This document shows, piece by piece, positions 1 to 9,936 of a stretch of 64,000 bases of DNA (position 1 is its first letter; every line of letters starts with the position of its first letter). The notes under the pieces were generated by a model that was not told the DNA's origin, made no database searches, and saw only the letters and a program-made list of their open reading frames with translations. The DNA comes from an uncultured delta proteobacterium (lineage in GTDB: Bacteria > Desulfobacterota > Syntrophobacteria > Syntrophobacterales > Syntrophobacteraceae), in NCBI GenBank assembly GCA_963808625.1, contig CAWEHK010000029.1:1-64000 (forward strand), in the 5' to 3' direction. Made by a program: the position numbers and the translations under genes.

Positions 1-141
1 ATTCCAAGCCGCGTGGGGCAGGCTTTCCAGCCCGCCATACCGAAATGGCGAAAGGGCAGGCTGGGTAGCCTTCCCCAAGGATTATGACCCCCTGAGAAAA
101 CATCGCTGGAGTGACGGAATCGTGACTAGTAGACCCGGACA

Positions 142-1164
142 TTACTCGATATCTTCGAGACTCTTCCCCCCGGTCCGCATGCCCCAAATCAGCAGCGGGA
201 TGACCGGGAGCAGGTAGAAGATGCCGACCGCGCTGAACACCCCGACAAACCCTTAGGCCCCAAAGATCATCGGGATCAGCGGCTGGGGAGGCGGAGACGG
301 AAAGCCGCGCCACGCCATTGTGGAAGCCGGTCGCGGTATCGTGCATTTTGGTGGGGTAGGATTCAGCCGTGTACGAAAAGAGGATGAAGTTGATGGCAAG
401 GTTAAACACGCTCAGGGCAAACCCGGCGGCGGTGAGACCGGTCAAGCCGTCCATGAAAGCGAAAGTCAACCCACCAAGACCGCTGAACACGCCGAGCATC
501 ATGGGCGGGACTTCCTGCCTCCCAGGTCGGATACGAGGGAAGCAAGAAAACAGCCAACGGGCACTCCGATGCTGATGATGGTCGTGGCAGCAAGACTGTC
601 GGCAACGGAAAATCCTTTCGTTTTAAGGAGCTGTGTGGTCCATGTCGTAAAAAGAAAGCCGGCCGGCGTGATCGTGATGAAGAGAAAAATGAGCAGCAGC
701 GTTCTCACAATATAGCGCTTCGTGAACATGTACTTTTTCTAGCCGGTGAGCGCCCGGAAAATGGTGAAAACGACGAAGTTGTCGTAAAGCCGGTCACCAC
801 CGAGGCTATGGAAAAAACGAGGATGGCGCCAAGAAAGGTCTTGCGCCTGCCGATAAGTCGGAAATGACTCCCCCAGAAAGCCGCCGGTCGTCACGGCCAC
901 GAAATACCAAAAGACGAACGTGGCGATATCGGTCATTTGCAGATTCCATGACTGCGCCAACGCCGGAGCGATGAAGCCAAAATTCCAGTTGTCCAGCTGC
1001 TCGAAGAAGTAAGCTCCCATGATGATAAAAAAGAGGGCCTTGTGCACCCCGGTCACCGCCAGGCCGTCAAAATAGTTGTTGCTGATCTTTCCCACCGGTC
1101 GTATCGGTTCCAATGCGAGCCCGTCTACCACATTTCCTATGGCAATGGTTGCCTGGTCTGTCAT
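142..1164 (-). pseudogene. MFS transporter, fragmented by frameshifts and an apparent internal deletion
   Basis: Pieces in different frames read MGAYFFEQLDNWNFGFIAPAL, TIFRALTG*, GVPVGCFLASLVSDLGGRK and the C-terminus MRTGGKSLEDIE*. The protein jumps from about TM4 to about TM7 near 740. Confidence 0.75.
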
Positions 1165-1687
1165 TGATTTCCCCTTTCTATTTCAGGCTCGTCACGGACT
1201 ATCGTGATACTGAGAGATACTCCCACGCGAAGACGCGAAGCCGCGAAGAGAACGTCGATTGCCTTTGCGGCTTCGCGCTTTCGCGTGAGGAAATGGTGAA
1301 TCCCAAAACGGCAGATGTTCACGTTCTTGGTGCTGTTCCGGGCATCCGCTTTGATGTGCTTCAGTAATTCATCCAGGGCCAACTGGGCCAAAGAAACGAT
1401 CCACCATTTCGACCAGGGTGAGTTGCTGGATGCCCTGAACTGTCGATGAAAACTCGTTATCTGTTTCGAAGTTTTGAATAGAGGCGCGCTCTCTTGCCTC
1501 GGTAAACCATGCATTCCTTAATGGTGATGGCCATTGAACCAGAGATTCAGGGCGGACACAGCTCGGAAAATTACCAGGTTTTGGAGTTATTTTTTCGAGG
1601 AGGGTGTCAGACTGCAAGAAATTTTGCCGGCCTCGAGGGGACGTTTCACCCGACGGTGATAAGGGGATTGGGTGGATGAACTCACGG

Positions 1688-1959
1688 TCAAGGTCCCATG
1701 TCTCGCCGTCCCTTCACGAAGAACAGACCACCGGCGATGAGCGATGAAAGACCGAGTATGGTATCGATGACTCTGGTCTGGGTGGATATTTCGGAGGACA
1801 AAATGGTCTGGTAGAGGAGGTATGCCGAAACGCCCATGATGAGCCCCTCCCTTACGGTGCTTCGCTCCAGCTTGCTCCCTTTGCTCTCAAGGTTGAGCTC
1901 ACGAGATAGTTGCTGAGAATCCCGGTGAAAAAGAGGCCGTAAAACAATCCTTCGTTCAT
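1688..1959 (-). CDS. small hypothetical membrane protein (one frameshift)
   Basis: MNEGLFYGLFFTGILSNYLVSSTLRAKG continues in another frame as GLIMGVSAYLLYQTIL...IAGGLFFVKGRRDMGP*. Both parts are hydrophobic. Confidence 0.4.
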
Positions 1960-2029
1960 TTTGGGGCCTTCAGCTCAGAAGTCATCCCTGTAATCTCGTC
2001 TTTCTCTCATATGGTCATGGCGGCGAGGA

Positions 2030-2365
2030 TCAAATCGACAGCCGTCCTTGACGGTTTTGGGCCAGACCCTCGCGTTCAATTCCATGGAGAGCCTCGTCAG
2101 TGGTAGGTGGGCGCTCTTCTTCCTCACGTTCCACGACCTTCAGATGCCCTTTCCTCTTCCGTTTTCCGGTCTTGACAGCATGCCCGCTTGAACCGCCTGA
2201 GAGCTTCCGGGAAGCAACAAAAACTCTCGAGAGCGGAATAACAACGAGTACGCCTCCAGCGATCATCATGCCGACACCCACATACAAGTCCGTTGCCAGA
2301 GACAGCACCCCGGCATAGAGGATAATGACTCCCAGGAAGACTATGGAGACTGACCCGATGTTCAT
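2030..2365 (-). CDS. small membrane protein with two TM helices and a basic tail
   Basis: ORF with two hydrophobic segments and a KRKRKGHLKVV tail. The true stop is probably near 2097 (RPTYH*) if one base is missing. Confidence 0.6.
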   Translation of the reverse strand: MNIGSVSIVFLGVIILYAGVLSLATDLYVGVGMMIAGGVLVVIPLSRVFVASRKLSGGSSGHAVKTGKRKRKGHLKVVEREEEERPPTTDEALHGIEREGLAQNRQGRLSI

Positions 2366-2400
2366 TACTGAGCTACCTTTCTGTTAGGGTCTTTCGATTT

Positions 2401-2550
2401 GAGCACCCTTTCGTCCACATCATTTGGAAATGTACAACGATCCCAGGCGGTAAAAGGCGGCATCGAAGCTCATCAGGCATGCCAGGCGGGATCATGCCGG
2501 TTGCCGTCGCTCCGCCTGGGAGAACCTCGTTTACGGTGATGCCTGTGCCC
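2401..2550 (-). ncRNA. candidate structured RNA or leader (long rod-like hairpin)
   Basis: Nested complementary arms: 2441-2450/2512-2521 (10 bp perfect), 2476-2481/2493-2498, 2432-2440/2527-2534, 2417-2422/2537-2542 and 2401-2406/2545-2550. The outer stems use G-U pairs only on the minus strand. Confidence 0.35.
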
Positions 2551-2804
2551 TTTATGGCTTGTCTCCGGATATACCCTGAAGTAGTATGCTCCCGTATCTC
2601 ATGATTGCCTATGGAATCTATCAAAATCAAAGGTGTCTTGCACTCCCGTTTTTGAGGAATGAACGATGACCGTCACCAAAGCCCACATCGTTAAGCATCT
2701 CTTTTCCAGGAATTTGTTTACCATTGTTTGAAGCCACTTTTCCTGACATGGGCTTCTGGGACATGGGATTAACCCTGAGAATTTGATCGATCAAGGAGGA
2801 GTCA

Positions 2805-4109
2805 ATGGATAGCAAAGTGCAGAAGATCATTCGTGTTTCAACATTCACTGGTGGTCTCGTGGGCCCGAGCATTCCCATGCTTGGCCCCGTAGCGGATGGC
2901 GGCATAATCGTTGCCGAGACTGCTCCGGGCTGTTGGGGTCCAATGATCACTCCCTCTTTCCAGGGCGGGCACGAGGTGACCACGCCCGTGGCTGTGGAAG
3001 GGGCCCAGCCGGGCGATGCCATTGCCATCCACATCCAAACAATTCGAGTAACCTCGACGGCCACTGCGTCCGGTACGATGTCGTTCGTAGAAGGGCGCTA
3101 CACCGGCGATCCCTTCGTGGCCCGTTATTGTCCCGAATGCGGTGCGGAAAGACCTGCTACGCGCGTGGCATGCACCGGTCCTGAGGCTATCTGTTGCGTT
3201 GCGTGTGGATCTGAGGCCAGCCCCTTCCGATTGTCCAACGGGTACACGATTGTTTTTGATGATGAGCGCAAAATGGCCGTAACGGTGGGGCGTACGGTAG
3301 CGGAGAAACTGGCCCGGGACGCAGCGAAAGTCATGGCGTTGCCGAAGGAGTCCGCTCAGAACCCGGCCGTAGCCCTTTGCCCGGCAGACCTTCCCGGTTT
3401 GATTACACGTTTGCGTCCCTTTATCGGCAATATCGGTACCACGCCGGGCATTGATATGCCTGATTCCCATAATGCCGGGGACTTCGGACAATTCCTAATC
3501 GGTGCACCTCATCAATACGGCATTACCAAAGAGCAACTCGATGAAGCACGCACTGACGGGCACCTGGACATCGACTCGGTAAGAGAAGGAGCGATCCTTA
3601 TCTGCCCGGTGAAAGTGCCAGGGGGCGGCGTGTACCTGGGAGATGCCCATGCCATGCAGGGAGACGGTGAGATAGCCGGGCACACCACCGATGTTTCTGC
3701 TGAGGTGAAGTTGCAGGTCAGTGTGCTCAAGGGGTTGAAAATCGACGGTCCTATCCTTCTCCCCCGGCTCGAAGACTTGCCCCATCTGGCTCGCCCCTTT
3801 GCTTCTGCAGAAAAAGAGGCCGCAAGGCGTCTGGCTGATCAGTTCGGACAGGATGTGCTGGAAGATGCTGCCCCCATCCAAGTGGTGGGCTCTGGGGCAA
3901 ATTTGAACGAGGCTGTTGACAATGGAGTGACGCGCCTCGCCGAACTGTTGGGTATGTCGGAGGAAGAAGTGATGAATCGGGTGACGATCACCGGGGCCGT
4001 GGAGATTGGGCGCCTGCCGGGGGTGGTCGCCCTAACCATGCTGGCACCGATGACTAAACTGGAGGAAGTAGGCCTGGCACAACTTATAAAAAAGCAGTAC
4101 GATCTGTGA
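2805..4109 (+). CDS. acetamidase/formamidase family protein
   Basis: 434 aa with GHEVTTPVAVEGAQPGD, GHLDIDSVREG and LGDAHAMQGDGEIAG motifs. Strong AAGGAGGAG RBS. Confidence 0.9.
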   Translation: MDSKVQKIIRVSTFTGGLVGPSIPMLGPVADGGIIVAETAPGCWGPMITPSFQGGHEVTTPVAVEGAQPGDAIAIHIQTIRVTSTATASGTMSFVEGRYTGDPFVARYCPECGAERPATRVACTGPEAICCVACGSEASPFRLSNGYTIVFDDERKMAVTVGRTVAEKLARDAAKVMALPKESAQNPAVALCPADLPGLITRLRPFIGNIGTTPGIDMPDSHNAGDFGQFLIGAPHQYGITKEQLDEARTDGHLDIDSVREGAILICPVKVPGGGVYLGDAHAMQGDGEIAGHTTDVSAEVKLQVSVLKGLKIDGPILLPRLEDLPHLARPFASAEKEAARRLADQFGQDVLEDAAPIQVVGSGANLNEAVDNGVTRLAELLGMSEEEVMNRVTITGAVEIGRLPGVVALTMLAPMTKLEEVGLAQLIKKQYDL

Positions 4110-4167
4110 TTACGATTACGATTGCGATTGGGGTGAAATCCAGCCAGGTGAAAGGACCCTTCTCAAA

Positions 4168-4206
4168 AACAAGAGGCCGTAAGGATGATCCTTACAGCCT
4201 CTTGTT
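4168..4206. terminator. likely bidirectional intrinsic terminator
   Basis: Inverted repeat AACAAGAGGCCGTAAGGAT/ATCCTTACAGCCTCTTGTT between convergent genes, with a T-run on the minus strand. Confidence 0.75.
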
Positions 4207-4420
4207 ATGAAAAGGGAGGGCTCTCAGATTGCTTCTACTCAGACATCCAAAAGAACTGCAACCATCAACTTGAATTTGAAGTTCCGCTACCCTGCATCAG
4301 ATCTTCCGCTTGAATTTCCTCACGACAACCAAACCAGCAAATAACCAGCACATTCTCTGTCGCTTGAACCGCCACCTCAGGATTCACTTGAACTGGGACA
4401 TCAACTCGAATCAGCAACCT

Positions 4421-4915
4421 CTACTTCAGACCAGCATGGACTTTGAAATGCGAACTTCTGAGAGTTCCCTGTTTTAAGATTGAACCTGTTATGCCTTCGA
4501 GTTCCGTTTTCAGTTTTCCTTGAAAATTCTCAACTGGCTTTAACTTCGATTTCGAGCGCGCGGAGGACAAAGCAGCTTCAAATTCAACGAGGTCGAAGGG
4601 TTTCATGAGAAACGATTGAGCTTCAACGTGAAGTAGATCTTTAGCTACAGCCTGATAATCATATTCCGAAAGGAGAATCGTCGCAACATCAGGGAGCATC
4701 CGTGTCAGCTTTTCGATCAGTGCCAAGCCATTCGCATCAGGGAGGTGATATTCCGCAATCACGATATCGGGGTCGAGTCTCTCCGCCAGCGCTAACGCAT
4801 CACGAGCAGTCGAACAACATTCAAAGGCATAACCGGCTCGTTCTAAATATTTTACCAAAGAGCGTTTTAAGGAAGCTTCATCTTCAACTAGCAACACCTT
4901 ATTCTCAGCACTCAC
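4421..4915 (-). CDS. single receiver-domain response regulator with a C-terminal extension
   Basis: VLLVEDE, PDIVIAEYHLPDANG (the phospho-Asp position is Glu) and FLMKPFD. GTG start 6 nt after AGGAGG. Confidence 0.85.
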   Translation of the reverse strand: MSAENKVLLVEDEASLKRSLVKYLERAGYAFECCSTARDALALAERLDPDIVIAEYHLPDANGLALIEKLTRMLPDVATILLSEYDYQAVAKDLLHVEAQSFLMKPFDLVEFEAALSSARSKSKLKPVENFQGKLKTELEGITGSILKQGTLRSSHFKVHAGLK

Positions 4916-4939
4916 TCGAAGCCTCCTGCCAATTTTAGA

Positions 4940-4955
4940 AGCAAGGTGCGTGCCA
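4940..4955 (-). promoter_or_regulatory. sigma54 (-24/-12) promoter
   Basis: Minus strand reads TGGCACGCACCTTGCT, a perfect match to TGGCACG-N4-TTGCW. Confidence 0.85.
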
Positions 4956-4984
4956 TTATTGCGTAAAGTCCATCTTTGCATGTT

Positions 4985-4998
4985 ATTTCAATAACTTA
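4985..4998. promoter_or_regulatory. IHF-like site upstream of the sigma54 promoter
   Basis: ATTTCAATAACTTA is close to WATCAANNNNTTR and sits at the usual position. Confidence 0.55.
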
Positions 4999-5189
4999 TT
5001 GTATCAGTGACACTGGATTTGAAAACGGGGTAATTGACGAATAGTCTCCAATCAACCCTTCTGAAAGCCAAGAAATGGACCTTTTGAGATAATTTATTGT
5101 TTGATTCCATAGCATTGACCAACTATGGATAATATTATTCAATCCAATTGAAGATTGGAGAATAATGATCAATCGGGCAAGCGCAGGAT

Positions 5190-5463
5190 GCGTCTATAAG
5201 CTTGAGGTCTCAGTTTGCTCTTAATGTCCGCGATGAGAAAGAACGCGATCGACACAACAAGCGGTAAAACCAGGAGCAGGATGCCTTCCGCCTTAACGTT
5301 TCGCGCGCCATAGCCGACCAACAGTTTGCAGCGGGTCCGTTTTCAGCGATTCGGCCATGGCCGGCAGCGCCGTGGAAATGACTGAGCCGTCAAAGATCTG
5401 CATGAAGAGCGCGCAGGCGACAATCAACGGAACGATGATCATGCGCGGTGTGGTCTTCGACAT
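5190..5463 (-). pseudogene. chimeric remnant: DHA2/EmrB-type MFS N-terminus joined to a DUF4239-like membrane protein fragment
   Basis: IVPLIVACALFMQIFDGSVISTALPAMAESL stops near 5325. A different frame then gives LLVGYGARN...LLLVLPLVVSIAFFLIADI. Confidence 0.6.
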
Positions 5464-5541
5464 AGCGTCGAGGTGGCGTGCACTATTGCTTTGGGATTCC
5501 TCGGGAGCCCTTCGAAGTGTTTCGGGGGGACCCTTCAACAA

Positions 5542-5787
5542 TTATTCGAGCGGCAACTTTCCGGTGCGTTCATAGGCTTTCCATGCTCTTCTTGTCACCT
5601 GCCGAACGTTCGTTTCATGGCACTGTGGACACCCCTGGCGTTGGTTCTCCTTCGATTGCCGCCACATGGTATACAGCATGCCGGGTAAAATCAGACAGCA
5701 CCAGAGCGTGATTTCGATTTTTCGAGAACCCTTGGCAATTGCCTCGCTTTCTCCGATGTAATGACATGATGGGCAGATGATCTTCAT
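5542..5787 (-). CDS. small zinc-ribbon membrane protein (LITAF-like architecture)
   Basis: CPSC, then a hydrophobic stretch, then CPQC. AAAGGAG RBS. Confidence 0.7.
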   Translation of the reverse strand: MKIICPSCHYIGESEAIAKGSRKIEITLWCCLILPGMLYTMWRQSKENQRQGCPQCHETNVRQVTRRAWKAYERTGKLPLE

Positions 5788-6010
5788 GTTTGCTCCTTTT
5801 CTCGGCAAAAGAATGAGCGCTTCACATAAAGCTTTTCCCTCATATTGGCAACTCTTTTTCGATACTTTTTTCGCTGGCTCTACTGCTTTCACCTCTACTC
5901 AAGCGTTTCTCCCCTCTCTTTGCGCTGGCAAGATCTGGTAGACTTGTCGGGAAGGAACCGACTCCGGCGGAGGCGGCAATGATTCTTTCGCTCGAAAGGA
6001 GAAATCTCTC

Positions 6011-6790
6011 ATGTCAATGGATTTGCTGGAAAGATTGTTCTCACTCCAAGGGAAAGTGGCTCTTATCACCGGCGGCTATCGAGGAATCGGCCGGCTGATG
6101 GCGGAAACCTACGCTGAAGTTGGGGCAAGCGTCGTTCTTGTTGCCAGAAGCGGGGAAAGTTGCAGGGCCGCAGCCGAAGATATTTCGAAGCGGTTTGGGG
6201 TAAGGGCGGTCGGAAAGGCCATGGATGTGCGCGATTCCGCAATGGTGACCGGCATCGTTCAGGAGACTGTCCGGGAGTTCGGTCAAATCGATATCCTCGT
6301 CAATGCTGCGGGGGTCCCCGGCAGTGAGAAACCCGTGCTGGAAATGACGGATGAAGATCTCGACCATGTCATGGGGATCGATTTCCGGGGAACCTTTCTG
6401 ACGTCGCGGGAGGTTGCGCGGGAGATGGTAAAGCGCAAAAGCGGCAAGATCATCAACATCGCGTCCATTATGGCCAGGATCGGTGCCCGTAATCTGGCGG
6501 GGTACTGCGCGAGCAAGGCGGCGGTCGTTCAGCTCACACGGGTGATGGCTCTGGAGCTGATGCGCGACAACATCCAGGTGAACGCCCTGTGCCCCGGCTA
6601 TTTCCTGACTGACTTCAACCGCGATTTCTTCCAAAGCGAGACGGGCCGGAAGTTCATCAAGAAAATGATACCCATGAACAGGGTTGGAGACGTAGACGAA
6701 CTGAAATCCACGGCCCTGTACCTGGCCACCTGTCCGCCCTTTCTCACCGGTGCCGAGCTTTATATTGACGGCGGACATACCCTCGTATGA
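6011..6790 (+). CDS. SDR family NAD(P)-dependent oxidoreductase
   Basis: TGGYRGIG, NAAG, YCASK and IDGG motifs. Confidence 0.93.
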   Translation: MSMDLLERLFSLQGKVALITGGYRGIGRLMAETYAEVGASVVLVARSGESCRAAAEDISKRFGVRAVGKAMDVRDSAMVTGIVQETVREFGQIDILVNAAGVPGSEKPVLEMTDEDLDHVMGIDFRGTFLTSREVAREMVKRKSGKIINIASIMARIGARNLAGYCASKAAVVQLTRVMALELMRDNIQVNALCPGYFLTDFNRDFFQSETGRKFIKKMIPMNRVGDVDELKSTALYLATCPPFLTGAELYIDGGHTLV

Positions 6791-6965
6791 CGGGCTCTCG
6801 GCTTATCTTCACCGCTGAAATCAGGACCGCGCTGATGTTTCAATTATCCGCCGTTGCAGAGGTATCCGGGGGGACCGGGGGAGGTTTGTTTTGATGGGAA
6901 AAGGGGGGGCACATTTCACTCGAAGCTGCTGCCGGTAGCCTCGATAAGCCGGTACAGTTCTTTTC

Positions 6966-7391
6966 TCAGAATAATCCGTTGGATCTCAAAGCCAGAGGAC
7001 GGTAACCAACGACTCCTACTCGCTTGAATTCAGGATCACCGGTGACCACTGTTGCCGCTGTTTCTTGGGCCAGAGCGACAGTGAACGCATCGGCGTAGGA
7101 GACGGGGAAGCCGGCTTTGATACGGGCCGCCGACAAAACGCGGTCCATGGTGACTTCAGCTACCTGTACGGGCAGGGTCAAGATATCGTGCAGAGTTTCT
7201 TGCGAGGTGTCCCGACCCAGTTTGCGTTCAACCGTGTAGATGACCTCTCCCAGGTTTATGAGGCTGAGAAAGACCACGGCATCTCCATTCCGTGCCTGCG
7301 TGAGAATCTCTTTGACATTCAGAGCAGCCGGTTCTGCCTGGAAATATGCCAATAGGGCGTAGCTATCCAAGACGAAGCGAGGCTTCTTCAC
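6966..7391 (-). CDS. vapC: VapC/PIN-domain toxin
   Basis: FVLDSYALL, INLGEV, SYADAF and VVTGDPEF. Overlaps the antitoxin. The true end is probably near 6986 (frameshift). Confidence 0.9.
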   Translation of the reverse strand: MKKPRFVLDSYALLAYFQAEPAALNVKEILTQARNGDAVVFLSLINLGEVIYTVERKLGRDTSQETLHDILTLPVQVAEVTMDRVLSAARIKAGFPVSYADAFTVALAQETAATVVTGDPEFKRVGVVGYRPLALRSNGLF

Positions 7392-7632
7392 GTTTCAACT
7401 CCGCAGTTCTATCTTCAAGCAAAGCCGCTGTCAGGGAAACGGGACCTGCCAGCTTGCCGAACAGTTCCTCAACCGGGTCCCCTTTGCTGGAGACGATAAC
7501 GAGCTTCTCGCCTTCTTCCCGAAACTCAACCACGGTACCAGGCTGCAAGTGATAGCGCCGGCGAAGGGCAGCAGGAATGACCACCCAGCCTTTTGCAGAC
7601 ACTTTGGCCTTCTTTAAATTTGAAGAACCCAT
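7363..7632 (-). CDS. AbrB/MazE/SpoVT family antitoxin
   Basis: KVSAKGWVVIPAALRRRYHLQPGTVVEF signature, upstream of the PIN toxin. Confidence 0.9.
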   Translation of the reverse strand: MGSSNLKKAKVSAKGWVVIPAALRRRYHLQPGTVVEFREEGEKLVIVSSKGDPVEELFGKLAGPVSLTAALLEDRTAELKREEASLRLG

Positions 7633-7739
7633 GAGGCTTACCTCTTATCCGAAACCCTATATTGACGACGAAAATATTTCGTGTCGCGGGACAACCCCCC
7701 TCCACGCTCAACTGTATCCTTATCCCGACCCTCGACCGC

Positions 7740-8033
7740 CTATGCTTTTCTATCACGCCAATAGTCGGGTTTCCTGTTAAGCTGCATGACGGCTATGATG
7801 ATTATCTCATCACCTTTCGGCTGATACACTACCCCATGTGGAAAACGTTTGAGAAGGCATCTTCGGGTATTGTGAGAGAGAGGAGTCCAAGCGAGCGGGA
7901 AATCACAGATGTTCTTTATTGCAGAATAGACTGCCTTCGCGAATTCCAGACCAAGACCTTCCTGACATTCGTCATAGTAATCAACCGCTTCATTGAGCTC
8001 GACTTCAGCTTCCGGGTGAAAACGGTATTTCAT
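7740..8033 (-). CDS. RelE/ParE family toxin
   Basis: FHPEAEVELNEAVDYY, RRCLLKRFPH and IIAVMQLNRKPDYW. Confidence 0.9.
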   Translation of the reverse strand: MKYRFHPEAEVELNEAVDYYDECQEGLGLEFAKAVYSAIKNICDFPLAWTPLSHNTRRCLLKRFPHGVVYQPKGDEIIIIAVMQLNRKPDYWRDRKA

Positions 8034-8257
8034 TTCTTCAGTCTATTGTGCAATTTCCGGAATACCTCTTCTCCGGGTACGGTGTTGACTTCTCCCTTCT
8101 CGATTTCACTTACTCTTGTCTCTGCCTCGATAGCCCATAGCTCATCTATGTCCTGGTGAAAAGGATTGAGGCTTTCAAGGAGTTTCTCAACCAACTGCAG
8201 TCGAATTTCGACAGGAAGGGAGATTGCTTCCGATATAAGCTTCTCGCTAGACATCAT
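8030..8257 (-). CDS. addiction-module antitoxin
   Basis: LPVEIRLQLVEKLLESL and WAIEAETR...VPGEEVF. ATGA overlap with the toxin. Confidence 0.88.
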   Translation of the reverse strand: MMSSEKLISEAISLPVEIRLQLVEKLLESLNPFHQDIDELWAIEAETRVSEIEKGEVNTVPGEEVFRKLHNRLKK

Positions 8258-8449
8258 GGAAATGCCTCCTAAACTTTGGTATCCAAAAATCATTATATAA
8301 CCAGCGTCAGCCCGAGTGAAAACTTTCTGATCGAGAAAGGCAGGATGAGGGGTAAGTTATTGTGTGACCTCTGCAGATCTTTAGGATGTGGGAATGCTCT
8401 CGGGTCTTTAAATCGTAGTCCTCAAGGTTGCCTACGCATAGCCAAAACA

Positions 8450-9850
8450 TTAAGGAAGGTTGCCTCCAAACTCTCCGCTCTCCGGTCGGACTCTTTCCAG
8501 GAGCCAGATGAGGTATTCCACCTCGACGAACTCCAAGTTCCTGACCGTTTCTATTATTTCGAGCTGTAAATCCGGGTCAATATAACGCTTGCTGAGAGAA
8601 TGGAATTTTGCCACGACTTTCTCCCAGGGGAGAGGGTTCGTGTGGAATCCCTCGTAGTCTGTCTTCTCGATTTTGAGCATTCTCCCGTCGCGGAGAATCA
8701 CCCGGAGGCGGCAGGGCATTTCGTCGGGAAAGCGCTCGGTGAAGGAGGCCTCCGGTTTCACGAAGATTTTCTTGAGAAGGGCCTGCACATCCTGGCGCTG
8801 GATGCGCTCAGGCCGATATTGCTCGGGCATCACCTGTCCGTCGAGGATGGCAACCGCGACCATGTATTGCAGGCTGTGGTCGGCTTCCTCCTTGGTGCGA
8901 ACGATGGTCTTGTCGCCCTCTTCGCCGCCGCCGATGATGTTATAGGCCACATCGAAGGTGTCGATATCGATACGGACCACATCCTCCCCGGAGAAGCCCT
9001 CTTCGATTTTGAGCTCAAGAATTCCTTCAAGGGTGGTTTGGGAGTGAATCTCGGCGTTGAATTTCTTGATGATGGTCCGGGTAACCCGTTCGAGGTCCTC
9101 TTCCGCCCAGTTTATGGTGAATGGCCCGGAGATGGCGTCTTGGAAGCCCTTGTTCCCCTCGAAGACTTCCGGCGGCCCCGTAATCCCCCGCATGGCCAGG
9201 AACGCGGCGTGGGTGCAGGCGAACGCGGTGTTCGGGTAGGCCAGGCCTTTCCAGTGGGAAAGCGCGCCGGTTCGGGTCACGCGCAGGGCGTTGAAGGCGG
9301 TGCCGCAAAGGGCGATGGCATTGACGGTACGGGATACATCAAGATCCAGGGCCTTGGAGACTCCCGCGGCCACCGCATAGGAGCCCTGGGTGGTATGGTC
9401 GAAGCCACGCGCGCGCACCGGTGCTTCGTCGCTCAGCCGGCATTGGACCTGGTAAGCCACGGCAAGAGCACACAGCAGGTCCTTGCCGCTGGCCTTGGCG
9501 TACTCACAGGCTGCCAGCACCGCTCCCAGATTATCACTGGGATGACAGGTTTCATGGGGGGCCAGGTAGCTGTCATTGAAATCAAGATACCGGATGAGGG
9601 CCGAGTTGTAGAGGGCGGCGCGGTCCGGAGCGGTGCGCCCACCGCCAATCAGGCCGCATTGCCCGGTGCCGCCGAAGTCTTCGAGTTGATCCCGCACCAG
9701 CTTGACCGGTTCTCCTTCAAGGGCACCGATGGCGCAGCCCAGGCTATCGAGGACTCTGATTTTGAGCGCCATCCTGGCAGCATCGGAAAGATCGTCATAG
9801 GATGCTTTTACGACGAAGCGGGCGAGTTCTTCGGCTATGGTCATGGTCAT
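8450..9850 (-). CDS. MmgE/PrpD family protein (2-methylcitrate dehydratase-like)
   Basis: RYLDFND, HPSDN, LSHWKG and ADHSLQY motifs. Confidence 0.9.
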   Translation of the reverse strand: MTMTIAEELARFVVKASYDDLSDAARMALKIRVLDSLGCAIGALEGEPVKLVRDQLEDFGGTGQCGLIGGGRTAPDRAALYNSALIRYLDFNDSYLAPHETCHPSDNLGAVLAACEYAKASGKDLLCALAVAYQVQCRLSDEAPVRARGFDHTTQGSYAVAAGVSKALDLDVSRTVNAIALCGTAFNALRVTRTGALSHWKGLAYPNTAFACTHAAFLAMRGITGPPEVFEGNKGFQDAISGPFTINWAEEDLERVTRTIIKKFNAEIHSQTTLEGILELKIEEGFSGEDVVRIDIDTFDVAYNIIGGGEEGDKTIVRTKEEADHSLQYMVAVAILDGQVMPEQYRPERIQRQDVQALLKKIFVKPEASFTERFPDEMPCRLRVILRDGRMLKIEKTDYEGFHTNPLPWEKVVAKFHSLSKRYIDPDLQLEIIETVRNLEFVEVEYLIWLLERVRPESGEFGGNLP

Positions 9851-9871
9851 CTCCTTGCAGTGGCTGGTGGG

Positions 9872-9923
9872 TCAGTGACTAGTGATCAGTGACTAGTGGT
9901 TAGTGGTCAGTCGTCAGTCTTCA
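9872..9923. repeat. degenerate heptamer tandem repeat (YAGTGRY)
   Basis: cagtgac tagtgat cagtgac tagtggt tagtggt cagtcgt cagtctt. Confidence 0.85.
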
Positions 9924-9936
9924 GTTTGACTGGGGG

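Noticed and set aside
2455..2480. CUGAUGAG on the minus strand as a hammerhead ribozyme core
   Set aside because: No correctly placed stem II and GAAA follow it.
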